A DNA stretch of 64,000 nt from a virus. Its lineage: Duplodnaviria > Caudoviricetes. The notes below the pieces were generated by a model, which worked only from the letters and a program-made list of their open reading frames with translations, was not told where the DNA came from and did no database searches. Shown here one piece after another: positions 45,199 to 55,489 of this stretch (position 1 is the first letter of the stretch; the number at the start of each line of letters is the position of its first letter). Location of the stretch: the IMG/VR virus record IMGVR_UViG_3300042885_001472. One strand, 5' to 3'. Position numbers and translations under genes: made by a program.

Positions 45199-48100
45199 AT
45201 GGCTGATAATAAAAATTTAACGGTTTGGCAGAAACTGGGGGTTCTATTTGGACCTGATAAAAAACCTATAATAGGACCAACCAAATCATATTCAATTGAT
45301 TCAAAAGAACTATTAAGAACAAAGTCTAAAGAAGAGTTTAGTACTGAGAAATTACAAAAACAACAAAATTTATATTTAAATAATCAATGGGAGAAGGTTG
45401 ATAATACATTGTACCAACAAGCGATGTTTTATGAAACAACTAGAATTTCATCTTATACCGATTTTGAGTCTATGGAATTTTTCCCAGAGATTTCAGCGGC
45501 TTTAGATATTCTAATGGAAGAATCTACAACACAAGATAGTAAGGGTAATATTTTACAAATCCATTCCGAATCTGATAGGGTTAAAAAAGTTTTAACTGAT
45601 TTATTTCATAATAGATTAGATATCCATACAACATTACCAATGTGGACAAGGAACGTTTGTAAATATGGCGATAATTTCATATATTTAGATATTGATGATG
45701 AAAATGGTATTACTAATTGTAAACAATTACCCAATATTGAGATTGAAAGACATGAAGGTGATGTTTATAATTCAATAAATGGTGTCATTGATATTAACAG
45801 AAATAAGAAAAAGGGTGATGATCTAAAATTTGTTTGGAAAAACAGAGAGTTTGAATTTAATTCTTGGCAAATAGGTCATTTTAGATTACTTGGTGATGAT
45901 AGAAGATTACCATATGGTACTTCAGTATTAGAAAAAGCTAGAAGGATTTATAAACAATTAATGTTATCTGAAGATGCTATGTTAATTTATAGAATTACCA
46001 GAGCTCCAGAACGAAGAATATTTAAAATATTCGTGGGTAATATTGATGACAAAGATGTTGAACCATATGTACAACAAATTGCGAATAAATTTAAAAGGTC
46101 ACCGGTAGTTGATCCTAAGACTGGACAAATTGATTTAAGATATAATCAAATGGCCAATGATCAGGATTTTTTCATCCCGGTTAGAGATCAAGCAGCGACA
46201 AATCCAATTGAAACATTAGCTGGTGCGTGTATATCGTTAGATAGTAGAATTCCATTATTGGATGGTAGAACACTTACATTAAATGAAATTATTAATGAAT
46301 GGGATAATGGTAATAGAAATTTATGGGTATACTCTTGTGATCCCAAAACTGGTGAATTTACCCCTGGAATAATTACTTGGGCTGGTGTTACTAGAAAAAA
46401 TACTGAAGTAATGAAAATTACATTGGATAACGGTGAAGAGATTACCGCAACGCCTGATCATAAATTTGTTCACAGAACTAATGGCTTTGTGGCGGCTAAT
46501 GAATTAAATGTTGGTGATTCGTTAATGCCTTTTTATAGTAAAAAATCAATTTATTATAAACATTATGATTATCAACAAATATTTGATAATAAAACTCAAA
46601 AATGGGTTTGGGTACATAAAGAAGTTACTAAGTTCCATAAAAATAATTTAGTGAATGAGACAACATTTTTAGAGGAATATAAAGACCAAAATCATTCTAC
46701 TATACATCATATTAATTTTAATAGGTTTGACAATTCACCAACTAATTTAACATTTATGAATAGTAAAGACCACTTTAAATTACATTGTAAAAATCAACAA
46801 ATAGGGAGTAAAGCTTTTTCCGAGAAGTATAAAAATAACCCTAATTTCGCTAAAAGAGTAAGAAAACATTTAAATGAGTGTAATAAAATATTTCACGATA
46901 AAAGAAATTCTGATCCAGAATATAAAGAATTCATTAGAAGTAAACAAAAAGAATCTATTAATAAATTTTTTAATGAATTATCGGTAGAAGAATTAAAAAA
47001 ATGGTGTGAAAGGATTAATAACCCAATAACTAAAGCTAAAACCACAAAAAAATTATTAAAATGGTGTGAGAACCCAGACAATTTAAAATTAAAAGGTCAG
47101 ATAATTAGTACCGTTAAATCAACCCCAGAAGCTAAAGAAAAAATGAGTAAGATGTCTAAAAGTATTTGGGTGAGAGAAGGATATAAAGAGTCAGTATTTA
47201 GTAAAAAACAAACTTTAATTTTCAATGATAAACTTTACAATATGTTTATTAATGAATTTGAAAAACATTTACGTTCAGATTTAACTTTACAAGTTTTAAA
47301 TAGAAGTTCTAACTTTATGTTTGAGTTTAATTCTATTAATAAAGATATTAGGAGTTCATTAACTAATTTAAATACATTCACCCATAATCATTTAGAAAAA
47401 ATGATTAAAGAAAAAGGATTTAAAAATTTTAGGGAGTGGAAAAAAGAGGAAATTATTAAAAGAGGTTTCATCAATTTACGTCAATGGCAATATTATCTCG
47501 ATAAAGAGAATGGTAAATATGGTAGTAAAGAAAGGGGTAAGTCAATTAATCAATTCTATAATCATAAAATTGTAAAAATAGAATATCTAGAACAGAGAAT
47601 TGATACGGGCACTATCACAGTAGATGGTAATGAAATGTATCATAATCATCACACATTCGCCTTAGAATCAGGTATTTATATCAAAAATTCTAATTTGTCT
47701 GAAATTGCAGATATTGAATATCTTCAAAAGAAATTATTCGCAGCACTTAGAGTTCCTAAACCATTTTTAGGTTTTGAATCAGCTGTAGGTGATGGTAAAA
47801 ATTTAGCATTACAAGACATACGTTTCACAAGAACTGTTAATAGAATTCAACAATCTATGTTACAAGAATTAAATAAAATCGCTATTATTCATTTATTCAT
47901 ATTGGGGTTAGATGAAGAATTAAGTAATTTTACTTTAACTTTAAATAACCCTTCTACACAAGCAGAAATGTTACGCACAGAACAAATGCAGGTGAAGATG
48001 CAATTATATAAAGATTCTGTTTCTGATGCCGGTAATGGGTTTGCTGCGATGTCTATGACTAGAGCTAAGAAAGAAATATTAAACTTTTCTAATGATGAAA

Positions 48101-48609
48101 TACGTCTTGATATTGAACAACAAAGACTTGAAAAAGCAGCCGCAGCTGAATTAGCTAATACATCCGCGGTAATTAAAAAGACTGGTTTATTTGATAAGAT
48201 AGATAACATTTATGGTGATACTACTGGTGAAGCTGTCACTGAAGGTGGTGGTGATGTAACACCTCCAGCTGGTGGGCCTGAAATGGGTGGTGAAGAAATG
48301 GGTGGTGCACCTCCAGAACCAACAACACCAGAAACAACAGAACCAACACCGCCTACAATGGAGTCTGGGGTTAAAAATTTAGATAAGTTATTATTAGAAA
48401 GAAAAGAATTTTTAATGAAATCGTATGATAGTAAACAAAAAAAACATAAGGCTAATTATATTAACAAATTGATTGAAAGTATTGAAATACGAGAAGAATA
48501 CAAGGTAAATATTAATGAGAGTAAAAATAATGTTTCGGATAGTAACAATAGACACAATAATGATATAACAAATATGGTTGATAATATTAATAATTTATTA
48601 AATAAATAA
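45199..48609 (+). CDS. gp20: portal protein (T4 gp20-like) containing a cis intein
   Basis: MLSEDAMLIYRITRAPERRIFKI..DFFIPVR..ETLAGA|intein|SNLSEIADIEY..ALRVPK. Confidence 0.93.
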   Translation: MADNKNLTVWQKLGVLFGPDKKPIIGPTKSYSIDSKELLRTKSKEEFSTEKLQKQQNLYLNNQWEKVDNTLYQQAMFYETTRISSYTDFESMEFFPEISAALDILMEESTTQDSKGNILQIHSESDRVKKVLTDLFHNRLDIHTTLPMWTRNVCKYGDNFIYLDIDDENGITNCKQLPNIEIERHEGDVYNSINGVIDINRNKKKGDDLKFVWKNREFEFNSWQIGHFRLLGDDRRLPYGTSVLEKARRIYKQLMLSEDAMLIYRITRAPERRIFKIFVGNIDDKDVEPYVQQIANKFKRSPVVDPKTGQIDLRYNQMANDQDFFIPVRDQAATNPIETLAGACISLDSRIPLLDGRTLTLNEIINEWDNGNRNLWVYSCDPKTGEFTPGIITWAGVTRKNTEVMKITLDNGEEITATPDHKFVHRTNGFVAANELNVGDSLMPFYSKKSIYYKHYDYQQIFDNKTQKWVWVHKEVTKFHKNNLVNETTFLEEYKDQNHSTIHHINFNRFDNSPTNLTFMNSKDHFKLHCKNQQIGSKAFSEKYKNNPNFAKRVRKHLNECNKIFHDKRNSDPEYKEFIRSKQKESINKFFNELSVEELKKWCERINNPITKAKTTKKLLKWCENPDNLKLKGQIISTVKSTPEAKEKMSKMSKSIWVREGYKESVFSKKQTLIFNDKLYNMFINEFEKHLRSDLTLQVLNRSSNFMFEFNSINKDIRSSLTNLNTFTHNHLEKMIKEKGFKNFREWKKEEIIKRGFINLRQWQYYLDKENGKYGSKERGKSINQFYNHKIVKIEYLEQRIDTGTITVDGNEMYHNHHTFALESGIYIKNSNLSEIADIEYLQKKLFAALRVPKPFLGFESAVGDGKNLALQDIRFTRTVNRIQQSMLQELNKIAIIHLFILGLDEELSNFTLTLNNPSTQAEMLRTEQMQVKMQLYKDSVSDAGNGFAAMSMTRAKKEILNFSNDEIRLDIEQQRLEKAAAAELANTSAVIKKTGLFDKIDNIYGDTTGEAVTEGGGDVTPPAGGPEMGGEEMGGAPPEPTTPETTEPTPPTMESGVKNLDKLLLERKEFLMKSYDSKQKKHKANYINKLIESIEIREEYKVNINESKNNVSDSNNRHNNDITNMVDNINNLLNK
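46228..47688 (+). mobile_element. cis intein (487 aa) with an HNH endonuclease
   Basis: Starts CISLDSRI; TPDHKF block B; IHHINFNRFDNSPTNL HNH; ends GIYIKN followed by Ser+1. Confidence 0.92.
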
Positions 48610-48648
48610 TTTTTTTTAAAATTCAACATATTTATAAATTATACTAAT

Positions 48649-49422
48649 ATGCACAATTTCGGTAACATAAAAAATACATTCAATAAAGTCCTATCTGAAT
48701 CCATTATACAAAAGGATAGAGGTAGAAAAACTATCTTTAAAGAGTACTTAAAAACATTAAGAGAGAGTACAATTTTAAAATCTCAATTCATTGTTTTAAC
48801 TAATATTGAATCTAAATTTATTGAAGATCCATATTTAGCTGGAGAATATGTTAAAGAAAATATTGATTCTCTAAGAAAATTTGGTCAAAAAAAGATTCTT
48901 ATAGAAAACTCTAAATTGATTAGTTTAGTTGAAAAAAATAAATTAACTCTTTCCACTGATGTTAACAAATTATATGAATCTTTAAATGATTTAATCATTT
49001 TAAAAAGAGATAGTAAAAATATTGATAGAATACAAGAATCTTTTGAATATGTTCGTACATTTGTTATGAAACCAAAGATAAATGAAAGTTCTACAACGCC
49101 TACCATATCATTACCCCCTAGTATCCTTACAAGTTTAATGACTTCTAAATTTAACGCTAAGTATGAGAATGTATCTGAATCAGAAAAAAAAGTTATTAGA
49201 GTATCATTAAATGGTGATGATAAAGAAAAAGAATCTTTATTTACTGAAATGATCCGTGAAACCATAGACATCCTTAATGTTAAATTAGAAACTAGTAATG
49301 TAGATTTAAAAGATAAATTATTAAAAACAAAAGATAAGTTACTTAGAACAGAATATAAAAGTGAAACGTTTACGAAAGATATTACTAAAATATTTTCACT
49401 TAAAGATGATTTAACTAAATAA
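48649..49422 (+). CDS. hypothetical head-module protein
   Basis: ATATTTAT at 48628-48635. Confidence 0.7.
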   Translation: MHNFGNIKNTFNKVLSESIIQKDRGRKTIFKEYLKTLRESTILKSQFIVLTNIESKFIEDPYLAGEYVKENIDSLRKFGQKKILIENSKLISLVEKNKLTLSTDVNKLYESLNDLIILKRDSKNIDRIQESFEYVRTFVMKPKINESSTTPTISLPPSILTSLMTSKFNAKYENVSESEKKVIRVSLNGDDKEKESLFTEMIRETIDILNVKLETSNVDLKDKLLKTKDKLLRTEYKSETFTKDITKIFSLKDDLTK

Positions 49423-49943
49423 TGAAAAATTTCTTCAATTACATTGTTACTAATTTTGGGTTTACAAATAGTTCTGACTTCATTTGTTCCTTCTTACATA
49501 TCAATTTATTGACAATAACATTACCATTAACCGGAATCTCAGTGGGATTAGAAAAATATTTTGGGTTAGGGTATCTAACTATCATATCATTTGGTTTATT
49601 AATTTTCTTAGAATTAGTGACTGGATTACTATCCTCAAAGGTGAGAAAAGTAAAAATTGAATCCAAAAAATTTAGTAGGTTTGGTTTAAAAGTATTAATA
49701 TGGTTTTCACTAATATTCATAACAAAATCATTAATGATGGAATATAAACAATATACTGATACCGCTGGAGTATTAGCTTATTCAATGTTTAATTGGTTAC
49801 ATACATTCATATTCATTTATATTAATATGGAATATCTAATATCAGTACTTGAAAACTTAGGTGTTATTACTGGTAATAAGAAAGGTAGTGATACTTTAAT
49901 AAAAGTTATTAAAGATAAATTAATTTCTTTTTTAAAAAAATAG
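49422..49943 (+). CDS. holin-like membrane protein
   Basis: Three TM segments; LELVTG..IESKK..E..SVLENL pattern. Confidence 0.75.
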   Translation: MKNFFNYIVTNFGFTNSSDFICSFLHINLLTITLPLTGISVGLEKYFGLGYLTIISFGLLIFLELVTGLLSSKVRKVKIESKKFSRFGLKVLIWFSLIFITKSLMMEYKQYTDTAGVLAYSMFNWLHTFIFIYINMEYLISVLENLGVITGNKKGSDTLIKVIKDKLISFLKK

Positions 49944-50029
49944 TATTATTCCTTCCACCCTATTGTTATCTCATTTTATTTTTACTATATTTTAGTATAA
50001 ATAACAAGATTACATTATGAAACACTTTA

Positions 50030-50461
50030 ATGAAAAGAGGTAAGGAAATAACCATTGAATCAAATTCTAACTATACAGTTTATTCTGGTACTATAGATAA
50101 TAAAAAGGCTAAAACCATTTATCTTAACATATCTTCTTGGGGGAATCCAATAAAAGAAACTGGATTGAACTATGAGAGAATAATTAAAAATTTACGTAAA
50201 AGTGTATTACAATACACATACAACATACTTTGTGAAAGTAATTTTAAGGAAGGAAACACTATTGTTGATTTAGATATGAGATCATCCGGAGTTCATTACG
50301 GTAAAAAAAGTTTTATGTCTTGTGAGTTAACTCTATTCCAAAAAGAATATAATCAAGTTAATTCAGATATAGTAGTAGAATCAATGAAAGATATTTCAAA
50401 ATCTATTATAGAGAATGTATTAGATACAAACGAATACTTTATATTCAGTAAAACAAAATAA
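50030..50461 (+). CDS. hypothetical protein
   Basis: ORF track. Confidence 0.7.
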   Translation: MKRGKEITIESNSNYTVYSGTIDNKKAKTIYLNISSWGNPIKETGLNYERIIKNLRKSVLQYTYNILCESNFKEGNTIVDLDMRSSGVHYGKKSFMSCELTLFQKEYNQVNSDIVVESMKDISKSIIENVLDTNEYFIFSKTK

Positions 50462-50507
50462 ATATTTTTTTCTTTAATTCCTCAATATTTATATTGAAAG
50501 GATTAAT

Positions 50508-51191
50508 ATGATTAAAATATTGAAACCAGGTGAGATTGGTCATGGTGTACTAATTGAAACCGATTCAGGATATATTTCACCAAAAGATAATCAAAAATTC
50601 ATAAACGAAATTAAAAAACTTGATTCCGGACAAAGAATTATTGAAGAACCATTAATACTTTACGCTGTATTACAAAAGTGTGGTGTAGAGAATAAAAATG
50701 GTCGTATATACCCAAGAGAAATTCTTGAAAGAGAAGCGAGGAATTATCAAAAAGTTATTCAAGAAGGTAGAGCTCTTGGTGAAGCCGATCACCCAGAGTC
50801 TTCTATTATATCAGTTGATAGAGTATCTCATAATATAACTGAGATATGGTGGGAAGGTAATACCTTATTAGGTAAACTAGAAGTCCTAATGTCACCAGGG
50901 TTTGTTAATCAAGGAATTATTTCATGTAAAGGTGATCAAGTAGCCAATCTAATTAGAAAGGGTATTATGATTGGTGTATCATCAAGGGGTGTAGGTTCTT
51001 TAGATAAGAAGGAGGGTAAAAATTATGTACAAGAAGATTTTGAATTAATTTGTTGGGATGTTGTTACATCACCTTCAACACCGGGTTCTTGGATATTTAA
51101 TAGAAAAGAAGAATCAGCTCCATTTGTGGAATCAACACAAAGTAAAAAACCATTAATAATAGACACATTAGATAATTATTTAAACGACTAA
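50508..51191 (+). CDS. gp21: prohead core protease (T4 gp21-like)
   Basis: NKNGRIYP, GEADHP, VSHNI, GVSSRGVGS, DVVTSPS. Confidence 0.95.
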   Translation: MIKILKPGEIGHGVLIETDSGYISPKDNQKFINEIKKLDSGQRIIEEPLILYAVLQKCGVENKNGRIYPREILEREARNYQKVIQEGRALGEADHPESSIISVDRVSHNITEIWWEGNTLLGKLEVLMSPGFVNQGIISCKGDQVANLIRKGIMIGVSSRGVGSLDKKEGKNYVQEDFELICWDVVTSPSTPGSWIFNRKEESAPFVESTQSKKPLIIDTLDNYLND

Positions 51192-51194
51192 ATT

Positions 51195-51482
51195 ATGAAA
51201 TTAAAAGTAAAAATTACTGAATCTCAACTAGAAGAATTGAGAAGTAAATATTCAACACTTAAATCAATTGACTCTAATAAAAATCCATACATTAAAAAAG
51301 GATTTTTATTTATAAAATTAGATTCAACAAAATCAGTACCTGAAGACTCGTACAACTTTTCAGACGAGGAAGCTAAAGAACTTAATAAAATGGGTCACGA
51401 GTTAGAGGCTTTAAAAGCTTCTTATGAAGAAAAATTAAAATCACTAACTGGTGGTAATAAAGTTAAAAAAGAAAAAGAATAA
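51195..51482 (+). CDS. hypothetical protein with an MKLKVKITESQL leader
   Basis: Leader motif; lies between protease and scaffold. Confidence 0.65.
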   Translation: MKLKVKITESQLEELRSKYSTLKSIDSNKNPYIKKGFLFIKLDSTKSVPEDSYNFSDEEAKELNKMGHELEALKASYEEKLKSLTGGNKVKKEKE

Positions 51483-51596
51483 AAAAATTATTTTTATTAA
51501 AAAAGTAACTTTTTATAAAGTATAGATACTTATTGAATAATAAACAATATTGTTACAATATTTTTATAACATCACAATAAAAAAAAATAACAAAAA

Positions 51597-52805
51597 ATGA
51601 CAAAATCAATAATTGAAGAAGCTCTTCTTGAAGCTGAAAAGATTCAAGAGTCCCTTAAGAAAAACACAAAAGAAATACTTGCCGCTACTATGAGACAAGA
51701 AATTGATAACATCGTTAAAGAGTCATTCTTATCTGAACAAGATGAAGACATGGATGTAACAGATGTTGTGGGCAACGAAGAGCTTGAAAATGTAGAAGTT
51801 CCCGAAGATGAATCTGGGGAAGAAACTAGTGATGATGAATTTGAAGAAACTTCTGAAGAAGGATCTGAAGATGACGCTAGTATGGATATGGATGTTCCTG
51901 AAATGGAAGATGAAATTTCTGATGACGAAGTATCTGATATGGATATGGATATGGGTGATGATGAATCACACGAAATCGATTTAACTAATGGTCCAATCCA
52001 AAATGTTATAAAAGTTTTCAAAAACATGAGTGACGAAGACGAAATTGAAATCGTTAAGGACGGTAAAAATGTTAATTTGAAAGATAATAAAACTGGTGCT
52101 GAATACCAAATCCAACTTGATGAATCTACTGAACCTATGTATGAAATCGAATTAGATGAAGAAGAAGGTGTATGTAATGAGTGTGACTCAAATATGTATG
52201 GCGAATCTGATGAACCTATGTATGAAATCGAATTAGATGAAGAAGATACTATGGTTGATGGTGAAGAAGACGAAGAGGAATCTGAGGTTCGTGAGAATAA
52301 ACAACACATCAGATATAATCGTAGTTCTACTTTTGGTAATAATATGAAAACTGGTGGTAAAATGGAAGAATCTTATAAAACCAAAATGAATCAATTGATT
52401 GGTGAAAACAAGAATCTTAAAGTTTTAGTGAAAGAGTATGAAAGTAAACAAGGTGAATATAAAAACGCTTTAAAAATTTTCAGAGATAAATTAAATGAAA
52501 TCGCTCTATTCAATACTAACTTAACATACGCCACTAAATTGTTTACTGAACATTCAACTACTAAACAAGAAAAGGCTAACATTTTGAAGAGATTTGATTC
52601 TGTAGTAGATCTTAAAGAATCTAAAAATCTTCATAAGTCAATTTCAGATGAATTAGTTACTAAAACTCCAATTAACGAATCTATAGATAAAAAAGTTAAT
52701 AAAACTGTTTCTAAAGGTTCTGTGATTAAAGAATCTACTGTTTATGTAGATCCTCAAATCAAAAACATTCAAAATTTAATGGATAAGTTAGATAATAGAG
52801 TGTAA
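51597..52805 (+). CDS. prohead scaffolding protein (gp22-like)
   Basis: Acidic middle, coiled-coil C-terminus, position upstream of the capsid gene; 35-nt internal repeat at 52131 and 52212. Confidence 0.8.
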   Translation: MTKSIIEEALLEAEKIQESLKKNTKEILAATMRQEIDNIVKESFLSEQDEDMDVTDVVGNEELENVEVPEDESGEETSDDEFEETSEEGSEDDASMDMDVPEMEDEISDDEVSDMDMDMGDDESHEIDLTNGPIQNVIKVFKNMSDEDEIEIVKDGKNVNLKDNKTGAEYQIQLDESTEPMYEIELDEEEGVCNECDSNMYGESDEPMYEIELDEEDTMVDGEEDEEESEVRENKQHIRYNRSSTFGNNMKTGGKMEESYKTKMNQLIGENKNLKVLVKEYESKQGEYKNALKIFRDKLNEIALFNTNLTYATKLFTEHSTTKQEKANILKRFDSVVDLKESKNLHKSISDELVTKTPINESIDKKVNKTVSKGSVIKESTVYVDPQIKNIQNLMDKLDNRV

Positions 52806-52849
52806 TAAAATAATAATAACAAAAAAAACAAAAACAAAAAGATAAAAAA

Positions 52850-54664
52850 ATGGGACATCTTTTAAATTCAGGCGAGGTTGGTAACATAGGGTTAGAACAC
52901 CTTAAACAAATCCGCGTAAAAACAATCAATAAATGGGACGAATTAGGCTTCTTAAAAGGTCTTAAAGGTCACGTTAGAGAAAACATCGCTCAGTTATATG
53001 AGAATCAAGCTTCTCACTTATTAAATGAGTCTACAACTGCAGGTGACGCATCAGGTTCTTTTGAAACTGTTGTATTTCCAATCGTAAGACGTGTATTCTC
53101 TAAATTATTAGCAAATGATATCGTTTCAGTTCAAGCGATGAATATGCCAATCGGTAAATTATTCTTCTTCGTACCAGTTACGTCTGACAGAAATAACTCT
53201 GGTGAATGGCAAGACATCCCTACAAGCTCAACGGCTCAAGGTGCTACATCTAAAAACCCGATCATTAGTGGTCAATTACCTGAGTGTGTAACAGGATTTA
53301 ACTGTTCAGTTGCAACTTTCTCAGTATGTGCTAAGTCATTATATGACCGATTTTATAATGATGGTTTATTCGATCATTCTAAAGGTACAGCAACAATTAA
53401 CATTGCAACTGGTACTCCGGTAGTATGGACAGCTTGTACAACTGGTAGTGAATTTACTCCTGGTACTACAGCAACTGCTTTTGATAGTTCAGTTAGAAAA
53501 CAAATTCTTGAAGTTGAAGGTTTCAACGGTGCTAATGCTGGAAGAATGGGTAACAATTCACCTGGTTCTGATTCTCCTAACGGAAACGAAATGGATTCTG
53601 AAGAATTTTTAGCTTCTTTATCTGTAGTAGCAGCTACTGCTATTTATGATAATGATGGTAAAATGGTTCTTAACTCTGGTGATGAAGTTCCATTCCGTGT
53701 GGTAACTCAAAAATACGGTAAAGGTATCGTAGCATATAACGACATTTGTGATGCTGTAGGTAAATTATACATTGAGGTTGATTTAACTCACCCTGCTTGT
53801 GTATCTTGTGGTACAAACACAATTGATGGTTATACTGGTGCTGAATCTGGTTGGACAGCGTCTACTGATTCATTCGTAGTTGGATGGAGACAATACAGTT
53901 CATTAGAACTTTCTACTGAAATGGGTGAGGTTTCTTTCCGTTTAGATGAGGTTGTAGTTTCTGTAACTGAAAGAAAGTTAAGAGCTAGCTGGTCTCCAGA
54001 ATTAGCACAAGACGTTTCAGCGTTCCATAACATTGATGCTGAAGCTGAATTAACAGCTTTATTATCTGAGCAAGTTGCTGCTGAAATTGATCGTGAGATT
54101 TTACGTGATTTACGTAAAGGTGCTGCTTGGCAATTACGTTGGGATTATAATGGTTGGAAACGTGTTGCAACTGTTGCGACTCCATATACTCAAAAAGAAT
54201 GGAATCAAACATTAATCACTAAATTAAATCAATTATCTGCTCAGATTCACAAATCTACTTTAAGAGGTGGTGCTAACTTTATCGTTGTATCTTCTGAAGT
54301 ATCTGCGATTTTTGATGATTTAGAATATTTCCACGTATCTAATGCTAATCCTGAACAAGATCAGTATAACATGGGTATTGAGAGAATTGGTAGTTTAGGT
54401 GGTCGTTACACAGTGTATCGTGATCCTTATGCTCCAGCTAACTCAATCATCATTGGTCACAAAGGTAAATCATTGTTAGACACTGGTTATATCTACGCAC
54501 CATATGTACCATTACAATTAACTCCAACGATGTATAATCCATTTAACTTCGCGCCAGTGAAGGGTATTATGACTCGTTACGCTAAGAAAATGGTAAATAA
54601 CCGTTTCTACGGACATGTTAGAGTTGACGGTATCCAAACATTTGATACAAGAGAATTACGATAG
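52850..54664 (+). CDS. gp23: major capsid protein (T4 gp23-like)
   Basis: VFPIVRRVF, VQAMNMPIG, RKLRASWSPELAQD, EIDREI, YAPYVPL, GIMTRYA. Confidence 0.97.
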   Translation: MGHLLNSGEVGNIGLEHLKQIRVKTINKWDELGFLKGLKGHVRENIAQLYENQASHLLNESTTAGDASGSFETVVFPIVRRVFSKLLANDIVSVQAMNMPIGKLFFFVPVTSDRNNSGEWQDIPTSSTAQGATSKNPIISGQLPECVTGFNCSVATFSVCAKSLYDRFYNDGLFDHSKGTATINIATGTPVVWTACTTGSEFTPGTTATAFDSSVRKQILEVEGFNGANAGRMGNNSPGSDSPNGNEMDSEEFLASLSVVAATAIYDNDGKMVLNSGDEVPFRVVTQKYGKGIVAYNDICDAVGKLYIEVDLTHPACVSCGTNTIDGYTGAESGWTASTDSFVVGWRQYSSLELSTEMGEVSFRLDEVVVSVTERKLRASWSPELAQDVSAFHNIDAEAELTALLSEQVAAEIDREILRDLRKGAAWQLRWDYNGWKRVATVATPYTQKEWNQTLITKLNQLSAQIHKSTLRGGANFIVVSSEVSAIFDDLEYFHVSNANPEQDQYNMGIERIGSLGGRYTVYRDPYAPANSIIIGHKGKSLLDTGYIYAPYVPLQLTPTMYNPFNFAPVKGIMTRYAKKMVNNRFYGHVRVDGIQTFDTRELR

Positions 54665-54687
54665 TCGTAATTAACAATAACAAATAT

Positions 54688-54717
54688 AAAAAGGGTGATT
54701 AATAGTCACCCTTTTTT
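54688..54717 (+). terminator. intrinsic terminator after the capsid gene
   Basis: AAAAAGGGTGA-TTAATAG-TCACCCTTTTTT. Confidence 0.9.
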
Positions 54718-54739
54718 ATTTTAACGAATATTTATTCAT

Positions 54740-55489
54740 ATGGGAAAATATCAAAAATTTATATTAGAAGCTTTAGTAATTGACACTATTTCTAACATAT
54801 CGGAAGAAGATAAAAAATTGTTAAATTTACTACATAAATTATATGGTAAAAAAAGTTCTTGGATGTTAGATGTAAATGAAATTGTCAATTTTATTGAAGA
54901 AATTGGTTTTAGTTACACTAAATCTTTAAAATTAACTACTTACTACATTAAAAATAGAGATTTATTATTTACAGAATATTCCGATGTAAGTGGTAGTATT
55001 CACACATCAAAAATTTTATATAAATTTTTAGAAAAATATTTAGCGGATGATAGAATTAATAAATGGGGTGATTTGGTCAAAGAAAAAGTTGATAATAGTG
55101 AAGAATTTAAAAAATATGAAGATAAAGTAAAAATTAGTACCACATTATGGCAACATTATGGTGATCAAATTAGTTTCTTTATTTTTAATTATATAGACTA
55201 CCAAAATCCTTTAAATTGGAGTTGTTTAATAACGTATAGTTTTAAAGATTTAGAAAAAATGGATACGAATATTGATAGAATACCATTAAAAGTAAGTATA
55301 AAAAATATTGAAGGTAATTTTCCAGTTCCAGAATTGGAAGGGTCTTTTGATATGATTGACATACCAATAGATTTTGATGTTGAAGATATAAGTAAAAAAG
55401 ATATTCATAAAATCTTATTAGGTGATAAGAATTCTATAACATCAGATTTAGAAGAAAGATTAGGTCAAATAATGTCTTTTATTGACTAA
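54740..55489 (+). CDS. hypothetical late protein
   Basis: ATATTTAT at 54728-54735; leader ending in FILE. Confidence 0.7.
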   Translation: MGKYQKFILEALVIDTISNISEEDKKLLNLLHKLYGKKSSWMLDVNEIVNFIEEIGFSYTKSLKLTTYYIKNRDLLFTEYSDVSGSIHTSKILYKFLEKYLADDRINKWGDLVKEKVDNSEEFKKYEDKVKISTTLWQHYGDQISFFIFNYIDYQNPLNWSCLITYSFKDLEKMDTNIDRIPLKVSIKNIEGNFPVPELEGSFDMIDIPIDFDVEDISKKDIHKILLGDKNSITSDLEERLGQIMSFID

